In this document: in pieces, positions 45,717-49,490 of the stretch
Position numbering within the stretch: position 1 is the first letter of the stretch
Layout of the letters: each line of letters starts with the position of its first letter
NCBI GenBank assembly: GCA_035685905.1
Contig: DASRZY010000228.1
Location: 1 to 49,490 of the forward strand
Source: Syntrophales bacterium
GTDB taxonomy: Bacteria; Desulfobacterota; Syntrophia; Syntrophales; UBA2192
Reading direction: 5' to 3'
DNA: 49,490 nt
Translations under genes and position numbers: made by a program
Notes under the pieces: model-generated
Databases searched by the model: none
The model's input: the letters and a program-made list of their open reading frames with translations, nothing else
Told to the model about the DNA's origin: nothing

Positions 45717-47528
45717 TTATTTCACGGCCGACTTTAATTCCCTGCGGCGAGAGGGATTTCTCAGATTTTTAAGGACGTTTTCCTCGATCTGTCGTGCCTT
45801 TTCGACGTTGGCATCGACGTCTTCAATGACCGCCTCCTCAAGCAGGAGGTCAACGCGCTCGCCGATCCCGAACCTCATGCGCAACACCTTTTCCTCGCGG
45901 GGGGTGAGGGTGGAGAGGATCTTGCGGGTCTGCTCCGCGAGGTCCATGCTGATGGCCGCCTCGGAGGGGGACATGATCTTCTTGTCTTCGATGAAATCCC
46001 CCAGGTGGCTGTCCTCCTCCTCGCCGATGGGCGTCTCCAGGGAGATGGGTTCTTTGGCGATCTTGAGCACCTTGCGAACCTTCTCGAGGGGGAACTCCAT
46101 CTTGTCGGCGATCTCCTCGGGGGTGGGCTCCCGCCCCAGTTCCTGAACGAGATATCGGGACGTGCGGATCAGCTTGTTGATCGTCTCGATCATGTGCACG
46201 GGGATGCGGATGGTCCGCGCCTGGTCTGCAATGGCGCGGGTGATGGCCTGCCGGATCCACCACGTGGCGTAAGTGGAAAACTTGTAGCCGCGCTGGTACT
46301 CGAACTTGTCGACGGCTTTCATCAGGCCGATGTTGCCTTCCTGGATGAGATCCAGGAATTGCAGGCCCCTGTTGGTGTACTTCTTGGCGATGCTCACGAC
46401 AAGCCGCAGGTTGGCCTCCACGAGCTTGCGCTTTGCGGTGCTTGCCTTCCGTTCCCCCGCCTCGACGGTCTCGACGATCTTCCTGAGCTCGGCCACGGCA
46501 AGCCCCGTTTCGGTCTGCACGTGCTTCAGGACTTTTCGAGCCTCCTTGAGCCGCTCCTCGTACTCCCGCAGCCTGGCCGCGGAGATACGAAGGTCCTTTG
46601 TCACCTTGCGCTCCTCCTGCTTGCTTCGCCGGATTTGCGCGAAAACTCCTTCGAGCGATTTGAGGGGCAGCTTCGTCTTCAGGCGGATGAAGCGGATCTC
46701 CGCATCGGCGTTGTCGGCCTCGGCGGTGAAGTCCTTGAGTTTCGACACCATCCTCTGGATGCGTTTCTTGCTCAGGTTGATCTCACGGCATGTCTTGGCA
46801 ATGTTCTTGTTGTTCTTGACCAGCTTGGCATCCAGTTCCTTCCGCTCGTCTTCGTCAATCCCTTTTTCACGGAGCTTTCTGCGAAGGGATTCGCTGCGCC
46901 GGTCGATGTCCGCGATCCGGTCGATCAGCTTGAGCACCCGTTCGCTGTGAATATCCTCTTCGACGAAGCCGTCCTCGTCCTCGAGATTGTCCACGATGCT
47001 CTTCACGCGAAGGTCGCCCGTCTTGAGCTCCCTGCCCATCCCGACGACGTCCTTCACCGAGGTGAGCACGCTGAAAACGGCGTCGGTGATCTCCCGTTCG
47101 CCCTCTTCGATCTTCTTGGCAATCTCGACTTCCTCGTCTCGGTTCAGGAGCGACACGAGGCCCATCTCGCGCAGGTACATCTTCACCGGGTCGCCCGTCC
47201 TCGCCCCGCTGGGAAGGATCGTGAGCAGCTCTTCCTCTTCCTCTTCCTTGGCTTCGGCGGTTTCCTCGACCGTCTTTTTCAGGATGATCTTTTCACCCTT
47301 GTCGGTGTCGATGATGTCGATGTTCTTCTCCCCGAAGAGCATGATGATCTCGTCGATCTGGTCCGACGAGACGATGTCCGAGGGAAGCATCTCGTTGACG
47401 TCATCGTAGGTCAGAAACCCCTTTTCCTCTCCAAGCGAGATGAGCTTCTTCACTTCGTCGGACTGGATTTCCTTGGAAATGAAGGTTCCGCCCCGGCGCC
47501 GGTTATCCCTTACGTTCTTTTTGCTCAT
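45717..47528 (-). CDS. rpoD: RNA polymerase sigma factor RpoD (sigma70)
   Basis: 603 aa with regions 1.1-4.2 ([24 protein letters not shown], EEVGKxF-like region, etc.). Confidence 0.97.
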   Translation of the reverse strand: MSKKNVRDNRRRGGTFISKEIQSDEVKKLISLGEEKGFLTYDDVNEMLPSDIVSSDQIDEIIMLFGEKNIDIIDTDKGEKIILKKTVEETAEAKEEEEEELLTILPSGARTGDPVKMYLREMGLVSLLNRDEEVEIAKKIEEGEREITDAVFSVLTSVKDVVGMGRELKTGDLRVKSIVDNLEDEDGFVEEDIHSERVLKLIDRIADIDRRSESLRRKLREKGIDEDERKELDAKLVKNNKNIAKTCREINLSKKRIQRMVSKLKDFTAEADNADAEIRFIRLKTKLPLKSLEGVFAQIRRSKQEERKVTKDLRISAARLREYEERLKEARKVLKHVQTETGLAVAELRKIVETVEAGERKASTAKRKLVEANLRLVVSIAKKYTNRGLQFLDLIQEGNIGLMKAVDKFEYQRGYKFSTYATWWIRQAITRAIADQARTIRIPVHMIETINKLIRTSRYLVQELGREPTPEEIADKMEFPLEKVRKVLKIAKEPISLETPIGEEEDSHLGDFIEDKKIMSPSEAAISMDLAEQTRKILSTLTPREEKVLRMRFGIGERVDLLLEEAVIEDVDANVEKARQIEENVLKNLRNPSRRRELKSAVK

Positions 47529-49278
47529 GGCGTAATCGTTCCTTTTCGTCTAGAAGCCGGTTGAACAGTTCCTGGTCTCCTGCTTCCTGCGCTCTCAGCA
47601 GCTTGACCCGCAGATCACGCTGCCGTTCTTTGTACCATCGTTCCTTGATCCTCCGGACGGTGTCCCCGAATAGCTTCTCGCTGACGCCGCTGTCCGGCGA
47701 AGCCGCCGACAGGGTCAGCTCAAGGAGCTTTTCCCGGATTGCCCTGTTCTCAATCCGGTCGATCAGGCCGGCCAGGCTCGAAGACTTCCCTTCGCGGTGG
47801 CTTGCCGTGATCGTTTCCGCAAGGCTCTTCATTGCGTCGCTCATAAAGAAGTCCAGGACGTTGCCCTGGACGATGTCGTGGATCCTGGACGGATTCTCCA
47901 TCATGATCTGGATGAGGGAAAACTCCACGAGGTCGATCTCCGCGGCCGCGCGGCGCACCGGGGGGGCTGTCCCTTCTTTTCGCTCTGCAGGCTGCTGGCG
48001 GCTCACCTCGCGTCTCACGAGCTCCTCATCGACACCGAGACGTTCCGAGACGCGTTTTATGAACTGGTCGCGCTCAGCGGGATCGGTGATCCCCGCGATA
48101 AAAGGGATGGCCCCTCTCAGGGCGACTCTGCGTTCATCGATGTTCTTTCCGTGCCCGATGACCTCATCGATGTAGTAGTCGACGAGGGCCCTTGCGCGGT
48201 CGACCTCGCTCAGGAACGCTTCTCTGCCGTGCTTCGAAACGAACTCGTCGGGGTCCTTCCCGTCGGGAAGCACCACCGCCTTTGCCCGCAGACCCCTTTC
48301 CAGAAAAAGGGACATGCTTCGCTCCAGGGCGGCTTTCCCGCCGGCATCGGTATCGAAGGTGATGGCCACGGCACCCGTGTAGCGCTTGATCAAGTCCACG
48401 TGCTCCCGCGTGAGGGCTGTGCCCAACGTGGCCGCGACATTCGGGATCCCGTTGTTCCACAGGGCCAAGAGATCAAAATAGCCTTCGACGATGATCAGGG
48501 TTTCGTCCCTGCGGATTGCCCCCTTGGCACGGGCCAGCCCGTAGAGATTCCTCCCCTTGACGTATACGCTCGATTCGGGGGAGTTGAGGTACTTGGGTTC
48601 GCCCTCCCCGATCACTCTTCCCCCAAAAGCGATGACATTCCCGCTGATGTCTTCAATGGGAAACATCAACCGGCCCCGGAACCGGTCGTAGTAGTCGCCA
48701 TCTTTGCGCGACACCAGAAGGCCTGCCTGCTCGGCCAGCTTCAGCGGAACGTTATTCCGTTGCAGATGGTCACGCAGATTCCTCCAGCCTTCCGGGGCAA
48801 AGCCGAGCCGAAACGTCTCGATGATCTCCGGCTTGATCCTTCGCTTATCGAGATACCCCCTGCCTGCCGCTCCCGCTGCCGTCTGCAGCGTCTTCGCGTA
48901 GTGGCTGGCGGCGATTTGGTTGACACGAAGCAGGCTCTCCCTCAGGTCCTGATGGGACTTCTCTTCCGGGCTGAACTCCCGGGAGGGGAGGGGGATGCCG
49001 AGTTTGCCAGCAAGGTGACGCACGGCCTCCGGGAAGGTCATATTGTTGATTTTCATCAGGAAGGAAAATGCATTTCCTCCCTCGCCGCACCCGAAGCAGT
49101 GGTAGATCTGTTTTTCGGCATTGACCGTGAACGACGGGGTCTTTTCCTTGTGAAAGGGGCAGGAACCGATATGGTTGCGTCCCGCCTTCTTCAGCGTTAT
49201 ATACTCGGAAACCAGATCGACGATGTCGATCCGGTTCCGGATCTCCTCGATTCGATCCTCGGGAATGTAACCCTTCAA
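47503..49278 (-). CDS. dnaG: DNA primase
   Basis: Zinc-binding [37 protein letters not shown] start, and 26-nt overlap with the rpoD start. Confidence 0.95.
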   Translation of the reverse strand: MKGYIPEDRIEEIRNRIDIVDLVSEYITLKKAGRNHIGSCPFHKEKTPSFTVNAEKQIYHCFGCGEGGNAFSFLMKINNMTFPEAVRHLAGKLGIPLPSREFSPEEKSHQDLRESLLRVNQIAASHYAKTLQTAAGAAGRGYLDKRRIKPEIIETFRLGFAPEGWRNLRDHLQRNNVPLKLAEQAGLLVSRKDGDYYDRFRGRLMFPIEDISGNVIAFGGRVIGEGEPKYLNSPESSVYVKGRNLYGLARAKGAIRRDETLIIVEGYFDLLALWNNGIPNVAATLGTALTREHVDLIKRYTGAVAITFDTDAGGKAALERSMSLFLERGLRAKAVVLPDGKDPDEFVSKHGREAFLSEVDRARALVDYYIDEVIGHGKNIDERRVALRGAIPFIAGITDPAERDQFIKRVSERLGVDEELVRREVSRQQPAERKEGTAPPVRRAAAEIDLVEFSLIQIMMENPSRIHDIVQGNVLDFFMSDAMKSLAETITASHREGKSSSLAGLIDRIENRAIREKLLELTLSAASPDSGVSEKLFGDTVRRIKERWYKERQRDLRVKLLRAQEAGDQELFNRLLDEKERLRHEQKERKG

Positions 49279-49310
49279 GATTCGATACCCTTTTCCAATG
49301 CCTCATCACT

Positions 49311-49338
49311 AATATAATGAAGATCGGCAAGGTGTAAA
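49311..49338 (-). promoter_or_regulatory. candidate promoter for dnaG-rpoD (TTTACA-N16-TATATT on the minus strand)
   Basis: rc of tgtaaa at 49333-49338 and of aatata at 49311-49316. Confidence 0.45.
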
Positions 49339-49403
49339 GTCTCGGACCGCATTTTTTTCAAAAACGCTCACTCTTCTTTCGGGCTGTTTCGGGAACGGGC
49401 CTC

Positions 49404-49490
49404 TCAGCCGGCGAGTTTTGCCTTGACGGTATCGCTTACGAGTTTGCCGTCGGCCTTCCCCGCCACTCTGGGCATGAGGACCTTCATGAC
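49404..49490 (-). CDS. yqeY: GatB/YqeY-domain protein, C-terminal end (5' part outside the window)
   Basis: The minus-strand translation ..VMKVLMPRVAGKADGKLVSDTVKAKLAG-stop is the typical YqeY tail. Its position upstream of dnaG-rpoD is a common synteny. Confidence 0.6.
   Translation of the reverse strand, partial: VMKVLMPRVAGKADGKLVSDTVKAKLAG

Noticed and set aside
46005-49317. 519-aa and 506-aa plus-strand ORFs (46005..47564, 47797..49317)
   Set aside because: They are antisense to rpoD and dnaG, which are unambiguous. They are low-complexity G/D/L/R/P-rich translations.

Overview
GC-rich bacterial chromosomal segment. Gene content and synteny look like the core genome of a Desulfobacterota/deltaproteobacterial anaerobe; that taxonomic call is a low-confidence inference from protein sequences only. 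It is densely packed with housekeeping genes: serC (partial), radA, an orphan OmpR/PhoB-type response regulator, a PIN-PhoH (PhoH2) ATPase, three consecutive GT-C-type membrane glycosyltransferase-like genes (YfhO plus two TPR-tailed paralogs), DUF47/PhoU-like plus a truncated pit remnant, an MBL-fold hydrolase, groES-groEL, ileS-lspA, a 3D-domain lipoprotein, a catalytically degenerate TreZ-like GH13 gene, marR, a GH13_8 branching enzyme, a Kef-type CPA2 antiporter, a livKHMGF-type ABC importer plus PaaK-like CoA ligase, scattered his genes (hisI, hisG, hisB, hisA), a HIT protein, ppsA, a SpoIID/LytB protein, one intact IS3-family insertion sequence, RNase P RNA, rnhA, a COG1579 zinc-ribbon protein, tRNA(CAU), rpoD, dnaG and a yqeY tail. 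I see no rRNA, CRISPR array, prophage or recognisable defence island, and I could not identify a novel multi-gene protein system. Five things are worth a second look. (1) A Tyr-codon-rich leader ORF with mutually exclusive hairpins and an intrinsic terminator sits upstream of the liv/paaK operon and is a candidate tyrosine-sensing attenuator. (2) A pervasive family of intergenic arrays has strict 7-, 8- or 9-nt periodicity (GAAC, GGAAT, GTG, GGG, CAG anchors), often arranged as inverted arms around a core. Several of these are canonical G-quadruplex motifs placed right after stop codons. (3) A full-length TreZ-like ORF has replacements in all four GH13 catalytic motifs. (4) A pit gene is truncated after about 45 codons. 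(5) A recent IS3 insertion with a 3-bp target duplication lies inside a REP-like cluster next to rnpB. Many long ORFs in the supplied track are antisense shadows of real genes in this high-GC DNA and are rejected.
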